A stretch of DNA of 64,000 nucleotides from a bacterium (GCA_963669175.1 OY769902.1:2560001-2624000); one strand, 5' to 3'; positions 31,193 through 41,339 are shown, counted from the first letter of the stretch. Notes: generated by a model from the sequence alone, not told the origin. Numbers and translations are program-made.

Positions 31193-31443
31193 GAAAATGG
31201 GGACTGTTACACTTTTTCGCCAGCGAGCATGATAAGAATTATTGATAATCTTTGATATATATGCTTGAATGATCGTTTATCAGAAAAATATATTGCGAAA
31301 AAGGTAACTGTACCAACATTTTTACATAAAAGCTGATCTAGTTGGAGCAAACGAAAAATTCGGTACAGTTGCCTTTTCATCAAGACTGAATTGGGACTGT
31401 CCTGCATTTGAAAACATGAAAAGGTAACAGTCCCATTTTTCGA
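31193..31443 (+). repeat. four-motif palindromic element, family R2 copy B
   Basis: GAAAATGGGGACTGTTACAC ... AAAAAGGTAACTGTACC ... GGTACAGTTGCCTTTTCA ... TGAAAAGGTAACAGTCCCATTTTTCG. Confidence 0.85.
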
Positions 31444-31460
31444 CTCGTACATGTGCATCC

Positions 31461-31659
31461 GAAAACTAGAAAACTGGCAGAAAACTGAAAACTGGGTGAA
31501 ACTGGGGCCACCCGCCTAGAAAACTAGAGAAAACTAGAGGAAAACTAGGGACAGACAGAGGAAAACTAGGGAAAACTAGGGACAGACGGTAGTTTTGAAA
31601 ACTAGGGACAGACAAAAACTAGGGACAGACGACAAAAACTAGGGACAGACGGTAGTTTT
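31461..31659 (+). repeat. stuttered direct repeat of (G)AAAACTAGGGACAGAC
   Basis: more than a dozen variably truncated AAAACT(AG/GG)... units, the longest being AAAACTAGGGACAGACGGTAGTTTT (twice). Confidence 0.85.
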
Positions 31660-31776
31660 AAAGGCGAATAGGGCCATCCGCCCCAGGGCTCGCTTATCGT
31701 ACTCCTTCGAGGTACTTCTGCAATCATTGAATTTCTAAGGAGTGCCTGACTAATCCGCGCAGAATTCCGGTTCTCG

Positions 31777-31805
31777 TTGCAAGGGTGATGCTGCAAACCT
31801 ATATT
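31777..31805 (+). promoter_or_regulatory. putative sigma70 promoter of the K+ channel operon
   Basis: TTGCAA-N17-TATATT. Confidence 0.5.
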
Positions 31806-31837
31806 AGCTCCTTAGCGAATGGGGTGTATGAGGGATT

Positions 31838-33019
31838 ATGGCGATTGGGGTAAAGAACATCGCGCGGGAGTGGAAGGCGGAAGCCGGGTACTTGTACAAT
31901 GCTCTGGTTGACGCGCACCTGTTTCGTATCCTGGGCATCATTTTTGTCCTGACTCTCCTCGCAGGTTTTGTCGCCTGGATGGTTGAACCCAGCACCTTTG
32001 TGAACCCGTTTGAAGCGATCTGGTGGGCGTTGGTTACGATGACCACGGTCGGTTATGGTGACATCTCGCCGCACCTGGTACCGGGCAAGATCGCGGCGAT
32101 GGTTATCATCCTGTTGGGTGTCGCCTCATTTGCCATGTTTACGGCCACCATATCTTCGGTCTTTGTAGCTCGCAGAATCCGGGAGGGAGAAGGTTTGTCG
32201 GACATCTTTTATACCGATCACCTGGTCATCGCGGGATGGCATCCTGAAGGTGACAGCCTGCTGCAGGCGCTGGACACCCTTTCTGAAGGGAAAACACGTA
32301 TCGCATTCATCAATGACTTGTCGGGCGCACTGGTTGAGACCCTGCTGGAACGATACAAGGATCTGAAACCCAAGTACGTACGCGGCGATTATGGCAAGGA
32401 ATCTGTACTGAAGCGCGCCAATGTAGGCAAAGCGCGTGCTGTCATTGTCCTACCCGCCGAAAATGAGAATATGACCGCTCAACAAATGGATCAGCATACC
32501 ATCCTGACCGCCCTGACGATCAAGTCGATCAATCCCAAGGTAAAAGTCATTGCCCATGCGCTGATGCATGAATCTGTCCCGCACCTGCAGCGTAGCGGGG
32601 TGGACAAGGTGGTTTTGCGTGATGCGTATGTTGGCTACCTGCTGGCCTGTCATGCCCTGGTGCCGGGAGTACCGGAAGTACTGGACAACCTCTTGGCGCA
32701 TGACAAGGGCAACCTGATTGACCGGATTCCAATTCCCCAGAAATTCGTGGGGCAGACAGTGTTGCAGGTGTCCGAGTGGGTCAAACGTGAGGTTAAGGGC
32801 ATCCTGATCGGGCTGGTGGTAGAGGAAAAGGTTATCGACGTGGATGATATCCTCTCTGATGACCTGTCATCCATTGATGCGTTTATCAAACGGAAGTTCG
32901 AGGAAGCGGGACGTAAAGCGGAAGAACTGGCAACCAAGAAAACCCAGATCAACCCACCGGAAGATCGTGTGATCAACGCCAATGAGATGGCGATTGTCAT
33001 ACGTGACGCTGGACGATAG
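31838..33019 (+). CDS. 2-TM potassium channel with RCK (TrkA-N) domain, MthK-like
   Basis: WWALVTMTTVGYGD selectivity filter; DHLVIAGW, VRGD...LKRANV..A.AVIVL RCK domain. Confidence 0.93.
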   Translation: MAIGVKNIAREWKAEAGYLYNALVDAHLFRILGIIFVLTLLAGFVAWMVEPSTFVNPFEAIWWALVTMTTVGYGDISPHLVPGKIAAMVIILLGVASFAMFTATISSVFVARRIREGEGLSDIFYTDHLVIAGWHPEGDSLLQALDTLSEGKTRIAFINDLSGALVETLLERYKDLKPKYVRGDYGKESVLKRANVGKARAVIVLPAENENMTAQQMDQHTILTALTIKSINPKVKVIAHALMHESVPHLQRSGVDKVVLRDAYVGYLLACHALVPGVPEVLDNLLAHDKGNLIDRIPIPQKFVGQTVLQVSEWVKREVKGILIGLVVEEKVIDVDDILSDDLSSIDAFIKRKFEEAGRKAEELATKKTQINPPEDRVINANEMAIVIRDAGR

Positions 33020-33031
33020 GCGAGGCCGGGT

Positions 33032-33586
33032 ATGGCGAATTTCGGCAACAAGGGTGAGCGAAGTGAAGCGCAGGTCATGGACCTGGCATCCGTGTTGACC
33101 ACGTTCAACTTGTTCAAGGGGATGACTCTTGATCAGGTGAAACATGCTGCCAAAGTTCTGCGGATTGAATCGTATCCGGCCGGTACGGACATCTGGCAGG
33201 AGGGAGATACCGGGTCGGAAATCCTGCTTCTGCTGAAGGGGACTGTCGATATCACCCAGACCCTGACCTTGTTTACCTCGGATGAGGGGGTAGAATCACG
33301 AGATAAGTCGTTAATTTCATTGACAGAAGGCATGCGTCCGGTAATCGGCGAAATCGCCATGTGCGCCAATGTGCCACGTTCCGCGACGGTAACCGCCAAG
33401 ACTGATATACAAGTTGGCATTTTCAGCCCGGAAGATCTTGAAACCATCATTAAAAACGATGCAGCATTCGGCATGCATCTATTCCGTAATATTGCAACTG
33501 TACTGGCGCAACGGCTGGTGACTGCGAATCAGAACGTCTTAAAGCTGACCACAGCATTCAGCCTGGCTCTGCAACGTGGAGGGTAA
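33032..33586 (+). CDS. stand-alone cyclic-nucleotide-binding domain protein
   Basis: LF.G, QEGD.G, GEIA...PRSATV phosphate-binding cassette; no HTH. Confidence 0.88.
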   Translation: MANFGNKGERSEAQVMDLASVLTTFNLFKGMTLDQVKHAAKVLRIESYPAGTDIWQEGDTGSEILLLLKGTVDITQTLTLFTSDEGVESRDKSLISLTEGMRPVIGEIAMCANVPRSATVTAKTDIQVGIFSPEDLETIIKNDAAFGMHLFRNIATVLAQRLVTANQNVLKLTTAFSLALQRGG

Positions 33587-33594
33587 GCACTATC

Positions 33595-34119
33595 ATGAGT
33601 CACATTATCATCGAAATTAAGGCGAAGTGCAATGACCATGAACCCCTGAGAAAGAAGCTGATTCAGCACAACGCCCGCTTTGTCGGTGTTGATCATCAGA
33701 CGGATACGTATTTCAGGGTTCAGTCCGGTCGTTTGAAGCTTCGCGAAGGCAACATCGAGCATACCCTCATCCGCTATCACCGTCCCAACCAGGAAGGCCC
33801 GAAACAGAGCGACGTCACGCTCTATAAGCCGAAACCGGACCCCGCCTTAAAGCAGATCCTGGTGGATGTGCTAGGGGTGCTGGTAGTCGTGCGAAAAGTG
33901 CGGGAAATCTACTTTGTCGATAATGTGAAGATTCATCTTGACAACGTAGATCCGCTTGGGTCTTTTGCCGAGATCGAGGCTATCGATATGGATGGCGATA
34001 TCGGTAAAGAAAAGCTTCAGCAGCAATGCGAGTACTGGATGCAGACGTTTACTATTCAGCAGGAAGATCTGATTGATCGTTCCTACAGTGACATGCTGTT
34101 GGAGCAGACAGGATTGTAA
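33595..34119 (+). CDS. CYTH domain protein (class IV adenylate cyclase-like)
   Basis: EIKAK, QTDTYF, RLKLRE, VRKVREIY, IHLD.V..LGSF.EIE, SYSDML. Confidence 0.88.
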   Translation: MSHIIIEIKAKCNDHEPLRKKLIQHNARFVGVDHQTDTYFRVQSGRLKLREGNIEHTLIRYHRPNQEGPKQSDVTLYKPKPDPALKQILVDVLGVLVVVRKVREIYFVDNVKIHLDNVDPLGSFAEIEAIDMDGDIGKEKLQQQCEYWMQTFTIQQEDLIDRSYSDMLLEQTGL

Positions 34120-34120
34120 T

Positions 34121-34837
34121 ATGAATGTTTTCATCGTCCATGCCCATCCGGAAGAGAAATCGTTTTGCAGCAGTCTGAAGGATACGGCTGTCAACACTTT
34201 GCGGGAAGCCGGGCATGAAGTGCAGACGACGGATCTGTACACCATGAACTTTAACCCGGTTTGTGGCCCGAATGATTTTCTGAATCGTAAGGACGAGCTT
34301 TACTTCAAGCCGCAGCTTGAGCAGATGCATGCCTTTCAGGGCGAAGGCAAGTTAGCCGCGGATATTCGTCATGAGCAGGAAAAACTGCTCTGGTGCGATA
34401 CGCTGATCCTGACCTTCCCGTTGTGGTGGTTCTCCTTCCCGGCGATCATGAAAGGCTGGGTTGATCGAGTTTTCACCATGGGGCAGGTTTACGGTGGCGG
34501 GAAATGGTATGATAAGGGTGGATTGGCCCCACGCAAAGCCATGCTGGCCTTAACAACCGGGGGAGGAGAAGCCGGGTATACACGTTATGGTGTGAACGGT
34601 GATATTTACGACCTGTTGTTCCCGATTCATCACGGTATCCTGTATTTCGCCGGGATGACCCCACTGCCGCCCTTTGTCGCGTATTCTTCCGCGCATGTAG
34701 ATGATACGATCCGGCAGAAATATGTGGAAGAATTCCAGCATCGCCTTCTGACGCTCGAAGATACGGAACCGTTGCCGTTTCATCCCCTGGATCACTATGG
34801 GGAGGGGATGCAGTTGAAGGATGAATATCGGGCCTGA
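34121..34837 (+). CDS. NAD(P)H:quinone oxidoreductase, flavodoxin-2 fold (KefF/MdaB/NQO-like)
   Basis: AHPE.KSF, DLY..F.P, FPLWWFSFPAIMKGWVDRV, TTGG. Confidence 0.9.
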   Translation: MNVFIVHAHPEEKSFCSSLKDTAVNTLREAGHEVQTTDLYTMNFNPVCGPNDFLNRKDELYFKPQLEQMHAFQGEGKLAADIRHEQEKLLWCDTLILTFPLWWFSFPAIMKGWVDRVFTMGQVYGGGKWYDKGGLAPRKAMLALTTGGGEAGYTRYGVNGDIYDLLFPIHHGILYFAGMTPLPPFVAYSSAHVDDTIRQKYVEEFQHRLLTLEDTEPLPFHPLDHYGEGMQLKDEYRA

Positions 34838-34993
34838 TCGTAGACGCGATAAAGGCTCCAACCCATCATTATAGAAGACGTTAACCTTTGAAGCAACCGA
34901 AATGACCAGTTACCTTTCACGAGGCAATGGTATGATCAGTGTACTATTTTCGGGTACATGCAGCATTATGCCTCTTGGAAAGCCGTTCAGGAT

Positions 34994-35022
34994 TTGTATA
35001 TCCCGGAATGAGACATTATCTT
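34994..35022 (+). promoter_or_regulatory. putative sigma70 promoter of tRNA-Lys
   Basis: TTGTAT-N17-TATCTT. Confidence 0.4.
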
Positions 35023-35046
35023 CTTTGTCTTTCCGCATAGCCGGAG

Positions 35047-35119
35047 GAGGGTGTAGCTCAGCTGGTAGAGCAGAGGCCTTTTAAGCCTAAGGTCCTGGGT
35101 TCGAGTCCCAGCACCCTCA
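35047..35119 (+). tRNA. tRNA-Lys (TTT)
   Basis: cloverleaf GAGGGTG/CACCCTC, D arm GCTC/GAGC, anticodon loop CTTTTAA, TTCGA T loop; CCA not encoded. Confidence 0.95.
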
Positions 35120-35122
35120 CAA

Positions 35123-35165
35123 GAGAATCCCGCTGCATAGCAATGTGGCGGGATTCTCGTTTTTG
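35123..35165 (+). terminator. intrinsic terminator after tRNA-Lys
   Basis: GAGAATCCCGCTGCAT...ATGTGGCGGGATTCTC followed by GTTTTT. Confidence 0.75.
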
Positions 35166-35259
35166 TAAATGAGGGTTCCCAATAAATACTGTAGTTGCGT
35201 GTCAATACCAATATTGCGACATTCTAAACCACAATACATCCCCAAAACAGGGTCGCCCT

Positions 35260-37329
35260 ATGCCGTATAAGCATGATTCCAGCCTCACACTTTTTTTCTT
35301 CGTATTGGTCATCCTGCTTTACTGTGTGACTGCACCGTCTGCGTTTGCTCAGACTACTATACCGACAGTAGAAAATTACTGTGCTGTTGTTGATTCAAGA
35401 ATAATGGACTCATCAACAGCACCGGGTGAAGATTTTTACGAATACGCTTGCGGTTCCTGGCTGAAGCATACCGTTCTGCCGGAAGGCATGCAAAGTTACG
35501 GCTACTATGACCTGTCTGATCAAACCAACGAATTCAGATTGCAGCAATTATGTACAGGCCATTTGACTATGGAAAATGAGGCAGATCTTGTTGAATCACT
35601 CAATAACTTCAGCGTTTCCGCATTTGCTGCCGGTGATTCAGATGCGATGCGAAGCCGCCAGCAGGAATTGGTCCGGAGTCTTACAGAAGCAGAATCAATG
35701 GATCAACTTCAGGAAGCCATTGCTGAGCTTCACTGTGAAGGCATTGATGTTCTGTTTTCGTTATATTCTCCGCTCCCCTGGGAAACACTGCCCGGCAATC
35801 CCTTGCACTTTCGCCAGGCTACTCCAGGTTTTATCTCGCGAAAAAACTACCCTGTAGCGCAACACATCGATGAGAAGTCTGAATACCTGCTTCAGGAATC
35901 TGCGGTGTCCCTTCTTCATATGGCAGGCTATCCTGTTGATAAAGCTGAAGCGCTTGCCATGACAGTGCTTGCAATTGACGAGAGGCTGGCGTTTGCGAGT
36001 ATGACATCCGCTGAAGCGTGGATTACCGCGAATACGCTGCACCTCATGTCTGCAGACGAATTGGCGGAGCTTCTGCAGGGATGGGACTGGGAACAGTATT
36101 TCGATAAGCTTGGGCTTGAGAATGTCGAACGTATAAATGTCGGACAACCTGAATATTTCAAAGAGTTGCAGCAGGTTCTCGAAACGAGCTCATTGGAAGA
36201 ACTGAAAGCGTATTCGGCCTGGTACCTTCTGCAATCATTTGCGAAATACACGTTTCTGCCTGAAACAGCGGCTTGGAATCATTTGTTGACCAGTATGTCA
36301 GTTTTATCACGATCTACTCAACCGGATACAAGGTTTGCTTCATTTGTTGCCGAGCGGGAGATACCGGAAATCCTGGGGCAGGTATATCTGGCAGAATGGT
36401 TTCCAGCTGATCTGGAAAAAGATGTCAACGTGATCATTGAAAACCTGAGAACGGCTTTTATAACCAGGCTTGAGTCCAGTAGTGTTTTTCGTGGTTCGGC
36501 AAGACGTCGCGCTATCAGGAAAATTCAGGCGTTGCAGTTTGTGGTAGGCGGGCCACTTTGCCCGGATTATTTCACTTCTCTTGGATTTGACTCGGATCAG
36601 TTCCTGCTAAATATACTGAAGGCGCGAAGCGTACGCAGGAAACATCTTCTTGCATCGATCGGTACAAATCCGGAGCCGAACCGTTGGTGGGTTGATTCTT
36701 ATTCTACCAACGCCTGGTACAGCAATGCTCAAGTGAAAATCACATTACCGGCCGGTGCGGTTCTCCAGCTATACAATCCTGATGCTGATCGGGCGACACA
36801 ATATGGCATGCTGGGCGCTACCATAGCTCATGAAATGACACATGCACTTGATTCAGACGGGCGCAAGTATGGTGTGGACGGCAGGCCTGTAGGGGTATGG
36901 GCACGCATGAAAGAGTGGCGCTCCACAAAGAGGTTTCAACATGAAGCCGAAAAACTGGTATCGTTCTATTCGAAATATTCAGTTCTGGATTCTGTTGCTT
37001 TGGACGGTGAGAGGATGCTGGCCGAGAACCTGGCTGATCTTGGAGGCGTGAATATCGCTCTCGATGGTCTCCGCATTCACCTGGCAAACGATGGCATCGA
37101 AGACATCCCGCCGGAAACACTGCAACGATTTTTCCTGGCTTATGCGCAGAAATGGCGCGAGATATTCACCGATGAAGCGTTACATACTCGCGCCCGTGGA
37201 TGGCACGCACCGCCACGATACCGAACAAACCTGGTCCTTATGAACTGTACTTCGTTTTATAACGCCTTTCAGATTCAACCAGGACAGGCGATGTATCTTC
37301 CACCGGAAAAGCGAGTTGTTATCTGGTAG
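35260..37329 (+). CDS. M13 family (neprilysin/PepO-like) metallopeptidase, exported
   Basis: PGEDFYEYACGSW, NAWY, HEMTH..D, ENLADLGG, FFLAYAQ.W, HAP..YR.N. Confidence 0.92.
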   Translation: MPYKHDSSLTLFFFVLVILLYCVTAPSAFAQTTIPTVENYCAVVDSRIMDSSTAPGEDFYEYACGSWLKHTVLPEGMQSYGYYDLSDQTNEFRLQQLCTGHLTMENEADLVESLNNFSVSAFAAGDSDAMRSRQQELVRSLTEAESMDQLQEAIAELHCEGIDVLFSLYSPLPWETLPGNPLHFRQATPGFISRKNYPVAQHIDEKSEYLLQESAVSLLHMAGYPVDKAEALAMTVLAIDERLAFASMTSAEAWITANTLHLMSADELAELLQGWDWEQYFDKLGLENVERINVGQPEYFKELQQVLETSSLEELKAYSAWYLLQSFAKYTFLPETAAWNHLLTSMSVLSRSTQPDTRFASFVAEREIPEILGQVYLAEWFPADLEKDVNVIIENLRTAFITRLESSSVFRGSARRRAIRKIQALQFVVGGPLCPDYFTSLGFDSDQFLLNILKARSVRRKHLLASIGTNPEPNRWWVDSYSTNAWYSNAQVKITLPAGAVLQLYNPDADRATQYGMLGATIAHEMTHALDSDGRKYGVDGRPVGVWARMKEWRSTKRFQHEAEKLVSFYSKYSVLDSVALDGERMLAENLADLGGVNIALDGLRIHLANDGIEDIPPETLQRFFLAYAQKWREIFTDEALHTRARGWHAPPRYRTNLVLMNCTSFYNAFQIQPGQAMYLPPEKRVVIW

Positions 37330-37371
37330 GCATGCCTGTAGTTAGGGGATGAGAAGATGTTGCTCTGCTGA

Positions 37372-38637
37372 TCAGATACCTTCATGAAACCGTTTGTATT
37401 CTGTCAATGCCTGTTCTTGCGCCTGTGACCGGACAGCATTCAGGTCTTCCAGGTGATCCCCGGCCAACTCTACGAAAGACCCATCCAGGCCGCCATCCGT
37501 GACCATTTTCCGCATGATACCCAGGGCTGCCTGGGGTGCCATACCTTTCCGGTAGGGACGATTTTCGGTGAGAGCGGTGAAGAAATCCGCTACGGCCATC
37601 AAACGGCTTTCAGCGCAGAGCTGTTCCGGAGGGAGGTGGAAGGGATAGCCGTTGCCGTCGATACGTTCGTGGTGATACGCCGCCCATTTACTGATGTCTT
37701 CGAAGCCCTCAATTCGTTCCAGGGCGCGCAAGGTATAATAGGTATGTGTCCTCATAATCCGTTTCTGGTCATCATTCAGGTCACCGGGTTTTTCCAGGAT
37801 TGAATCCGGGATCGTCATTTTTCCAAGGTCATGCAGGTAGCCCGCCATACGCAGCAACGCACAATGTTCAGCGTCATACCCGTTATATGCGGCCAGTGCA
37901 TCAGCCACCGCCGCCACACCGGAGGAGTGAGTCGCAGTGAATCGGCTCTGGAAGTCGATCACAAAGGACAACATCCGTGTCAGGCTGGTCATGGTTTCAA
38001 GGTCGTTGGGGATATCGATGGATTTGACCTGTCGCTTGAGAATATCCTCCAGACGATTCGAACGAAGATCCAGCCAGAAACTTTCCTGTTTTGCCACAAT
38101 TCGAAAAGCATCGACATGAAGCGGGATAAACCATTTTCCTGCATGGATGGCTATTTCATTGCAGATGCGATCAACCTGATCGAGGATGGGCTGGTTGCGT
38201 TCAATCAACACCTCGATCCGGTCTGCAAGGTGAAGCAGAAACGCCTCTTCCGGAACCTGTTGTCCCTGAAAACGAGCGCCATGACCATTGGCCCAACGGA
38301 CATGGTGGTAACGAACAATCTCTGCGACTTGAGCAAACGGTTCAAACCTGCTAAGCAGACGATATCCCAATTCACAATGCTGGAACGGGTTTTCGATCTC
38401 AAAGGCAAGTGTGTCCAGTTTGTCACGTACTGTTAGAGCGCCAATATCATGTAACGCCGCTGCGATAATCGCAGTATGCAGGGAAGGAGCATCGTGATGT
38501 AATGCAGATCCGATGCGGCTGGCTATATAGGCGACCCGCAGATGATGATTGGCCACACTGGTGCTGACCAGGTCTACCGTGGAAGCCAGGCCCAGCACGA
38601 GGTCAAGCGGATTAAAACGTGTTGTGATGCCGTTCAT
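37372..38637 (-). CDS. tandem HD / HD-GYP phosphodiesterase
   Basis: N-terminal HDIG..HH; C-terminal LHDLGK, HHERIDGNGYP, AVAD.F.AL..RPYR. Confidence 0.9.
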   Translation of the reverse strand: MNGITTRFNPLDLVLGLASTVDLVSTSVANHHLRVAYIASRIGSALHHDAPSLHTAIIAAALHDIGALTVRDKLDTLAFEIENPFQHCELGYRLLSRFEPFAQVAEIVRYHHVRWANGHGARFQGQQVPEEAFLLHLADRIEVLIERNQPILDQVDRICNEIAIHAGKWFIPLHVDAFRIVAKQESFWLDLRSNRLEDILKRQVKSIDIPNDLETMTSLTRMLSFVIDFQSRFTATHSSGVAAVADALAAYNGYDAEHCALLRMAGYLHDLGKMTIPDSILEKPGDLNDDQKRIMRTHTYYTLRALERIEGFEDISKWAAYHHERIDGNGYPFHLPPEQLCAESRLMAVADFFTALTENRPYRKGMAPQAALGIMRKMVTDGGLDGSFVELAGDHLEDLNAVRSQAQEQALTEYKRFHEGI

Positions 38638-38653
38638 CTATCTCCCTTGAAGC

Positions 38654-39856
38654 CTACTCACTGGTCATAATAAAGAGCGGCTGCATTTCAAAGCTCTTGT
38701 ACAGGGGACGCAACCTTTCCGTGTTATAGTGCTTCTTCACATTGACCACCTTCTTGATGGATGTGACCACATCGATGGGCATGTTGTCATAGCGGCCGTT
38801 TTTGAGGACGACCAGCCTTCCATGCACACGGTTCAGGATAAGGTCCAGCGCCAGATTGCCATAGGCCATCGGGACTACGGAATCGATAGCGTCCGGATCG
38901 CCGCCACGTACCAGGTATCCCAGCTTCTGGTTGATGATATTGATGGTCTTACCATTGTTGTATTTCGGTGACAGTTCTTTCAATTTTGCTGATACAAGAT
39001 CGCCGATACCGCCGAGTTTCTTATGGCCATACGCATCGGTTGTCTGCTCCTCGAACACCATTTCGCCGCCGCTGAACATGGCGCCTTCAGACACCAGCAC
39101 CATGGCGTATTTGCTGGGATTTCGGTTACGATCATAGGTCAGCAGCTCGGCAAGCTGGTCAATATCGAACTGGTATTCCGGGATGACGCAACGGTTGGCT
39201 GCTCCGGCCATTGTCGGAAGCATGGCAGTATACCCGGCATAGCGTCCGAAAACCTCCAGCACAGCGAATCTTTCATGAGAACCTGCCGAGGTTCGCAGGG
39301 TATTGGTCAGCATAATCGTACGGGTGACACAGGTGGAGAAACCGATGCAGTAATCCGTGCCCGGGACATCGTTGTCCATGGTTTTGGGAATAGCAACGAC
39401 TTTCAGCCCTTCCTGGTACAAGCGTACACCATAACTCAGGGTATCATCACCGCCGATGGGGATCAGGTAATCGACTCCCAGGAATTCAAGGTTCTTGATG
39501 ATTTCCGGCGTCAGGTCATTGATATCATTGGCATAGGAGTCCTTCAGATACTCGGGTACGCTGGATTTCGGGACAGCACTGGGGCGAGTGCGGGAGGTGT
39601 GCAGGAAAGTACCGCCGGTTCGGCCTGCCTTGTTTACAATCTCTTCGGTCAGTTCAAGGTAATTTGCGCTGTTGTCTGCCTTTTTGTCACGTTGCAGCTC
39701 CATGATGCCTGCCCAGCCGCGTCGCAACCCGATAACCTTGTAACCTTCACGTAAAGCTCGAATGGTGACGGCACGGATCGCGGGATTCAGGCCGGGAACA
39801 TCACCGCCGCCGGTTAATATCGCAATCACACCCTTGGTTTTGTTGATGTTTGCCAT
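38654..39856 (-). CDS. 6-phosphofructokinase (PfkA family, predicted PPi-dependent)
   Basis: ILTGGGDVPGLNPAIR, GGT.L.TSR, GGDDT, PKTMDND, LGYLVRGG. Confidence 0.93.
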   Translation of the reverse strand: MANINKTKGVIAILTGGGDVPGLNPAIRAVTIRALREGYKVIGLRRGWAGIMELQRDKKADNSANYLELTEEIVNKAGRTGGTFLHTSRTRPSAVPKSSVPEYLKDSYANDINDLTPEIIKNLEFLGVDYLIPIGGDDTLSYGVRLYQEGLKVVAIPKTMDNDVPGTDYCIGFSTCVTRTIMLTNTLRTSAGSHERFAVLEVFGRYAGYTAMLPTMAGAANRCVIPEYQFDIDQLAELLTYDRNRNPSKYAMVLVSEGAMFSGGEMVFEEQTTDAYGHKKLGGIGDLVSAKLKELSPKYNNGKTINIINQKLGYLVRGGDPDAIDSVVPMAYGNLALDLILNRVHGRLVVLKNGRYDNMPIDVVTSIKKVVNVKKHYNTERLRPLYKSFEMQPLFIMTSE

Positions 39857-40067
39857 GGAGTCCTCCGCATAGTTGTCCTATCAAATTATACGCTTAAACC
39901 GGTCCGGTTTGTTTCAACCGTATCGAGAAATATGGAAAACCTGAGGAAGGGCAGGAGGGAAGACTAAAGGTTTGTCAGTTTGGCATCCTGCTGTATTTAC
40001 AGTATCTTGAGAATGATAACTGTTGGTTGAAACTTCAGGTTGATACAACCTGATCAGGAGGGTGGGG

Positions 40068-41339
40068 ATGCGTGGGTCATATTCCAGGTTTGTCTTTCTT
40101 GTAAGTGTTGCCATACTAAGTGGATTGCTGTATTTCGGGTGTGCCGAATTTGAGGACGATATAATCGCAAGTAATGATCCCGCGACGCTGGGTGATTCGC
40201 TGCAACAATTGCTGGATGAACGAGTGCAGGAGATGCAGATTCCCGGATCCATACTTCGTGTCGAAACACCTTCGGGCGAAGTATGGACGGTTACTTCCGG
40301 GATACAGCAGGCTTCAACGCTTGAGAATGTGGAGGCTGACGGCTGGACTGGGACACCTATCGCCACGGACCAGCTTTATACCCGTATCGGAAGCCTGACC
40401 AAGTCTTTCACTGCCACGCTGGTTTGTATGCTGGTGGATGAGGGACTGGTATCGCTGGACAGTACAGTAGCATACTATCTGTCGGGATTTCAGCCTGAGA
40501 TACCGAATGCGGACATCATCACGGTGCGTCAACTGCTGAACATGACGGCTGGACTGACCAACTATACGGATGTGGAAGCCTTCTATATGAATTTACCACC
40601 GCCGTATTACACCCCGGCAGAATTGGTCGAAATGTGTCTTGATGGTGGTGGCACCGATTTCGAACCGGGAGAAGGGTGGACCTACAGCAATACCAATTAT
40701 GTTGTGGCCGGGTTGATCGCAGAAGCGGTTACGGGCGATGAATACTATGAGCTGGTCGAAAACATGATTATGCGGCCGTTGGGTATGATACAGTCCAGTA
40801 TGCCCGCACCACAGGATAATTTTCTGCCTGGACCATACTGGCACGGTTATTCCTGGGATATGCCGGATGGCAGCCTGTACGACTGGACCTACCAGGACCC
40901 GTCATGGGCGTGGAGCGCCGGGATGGCCGTTTCGACGGTACATGATATTGCGATCTGGATTCAAGCGGTGCATCGTGGCACTTTGCTGAGCCCGGAAATG
41001 CACGGTGAAATGTATTCGTGGGTGGATCTGGGAGTGCCGACGGTGGGGTATGGATTGGGCATTTCACGCTTCATGACTGATTCCGGTTACTTCATGTATG
41101 GGCATAACGGTAGCATGCCCGGCTATGAAACTGCGGCGTATGTGATTGAAGGGTATACCATTACCGTGATTAACAACGGTCGTCCCAAAGCGGAATGGGG
41201 ATTCGCGCACTCCGGGGATGAGATTGTGCTCTCAGTTATTGACTTACTCTTTAGTGAAACGTCTTCAACAATTGCCTCACAGGGAAAGATGGACACACAG
41301 GATAATAGGATGATAGGATGGGAAAGGATGTGTAAGTAA
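40068..41339 (+). CDS. serine hydrolase (beta-lactamase/D-Ala-D-Ala carboxypeptidase family) lipoprotein
   Basis: lipobox-like YFGC; RIGSLTK (SxxK), YSN, HNG. Confidence 0.88.
   Translation: MRGSYSRFVFLVSVAILSGLLYFGCAEFEDDIIASNDPATLGDSLQQLLDERVQEMQIPGSILRVETPSGEVWTVTSGIQQASTLENVEADGWTGTPIATDQLYTRIGSLTKSFTATLVCMLVDEGLVSLDSTVAYYLSGFQPEIPNADIITVRQLLNMTAGLTNYTDVEAFYMNLPPPYYTPAELVEMCLDGGGTDFEPGEGWTYSNTNYVVAGLIAEAVTGDEYYELVENMIMRPLGMIQSSMPAPQDNFLPGPYWHGYSWDMPDGSLYDWTYQDPSWAWSAGMAVSTVHDIAIWIQAVHRGTLLSPEMHGEMYSWVDLGVPTVGYGLGISRFMTDSGYFMYGHNGSMPGYETAAYVIEGYTITVINNGRPKAEWGFAHSGDEIVLSVIDLLFSETSSTIASQGKMDTQDNRMIGWERMCK

Noticed and set aside
31461-31659. Stutter repeat as a CRISPR or iteron array
   Set aside because: Units are variable truncations without unique spacers, and no rep or cas gene is nearby
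31660-31837. c-di-AMP riboswitch upstream of the K+ channel
   Set aside because: No ydaO consensus, and the predicted promoter leaves only a very short leader
40068-41339. Bona fide antibiotic-resistance beta-lactamase
   Set aside because: SxxK/YSN/HNG motifs fit the broad serine hydrolase/carboxypeptidase family; nothing is specific for AmpC
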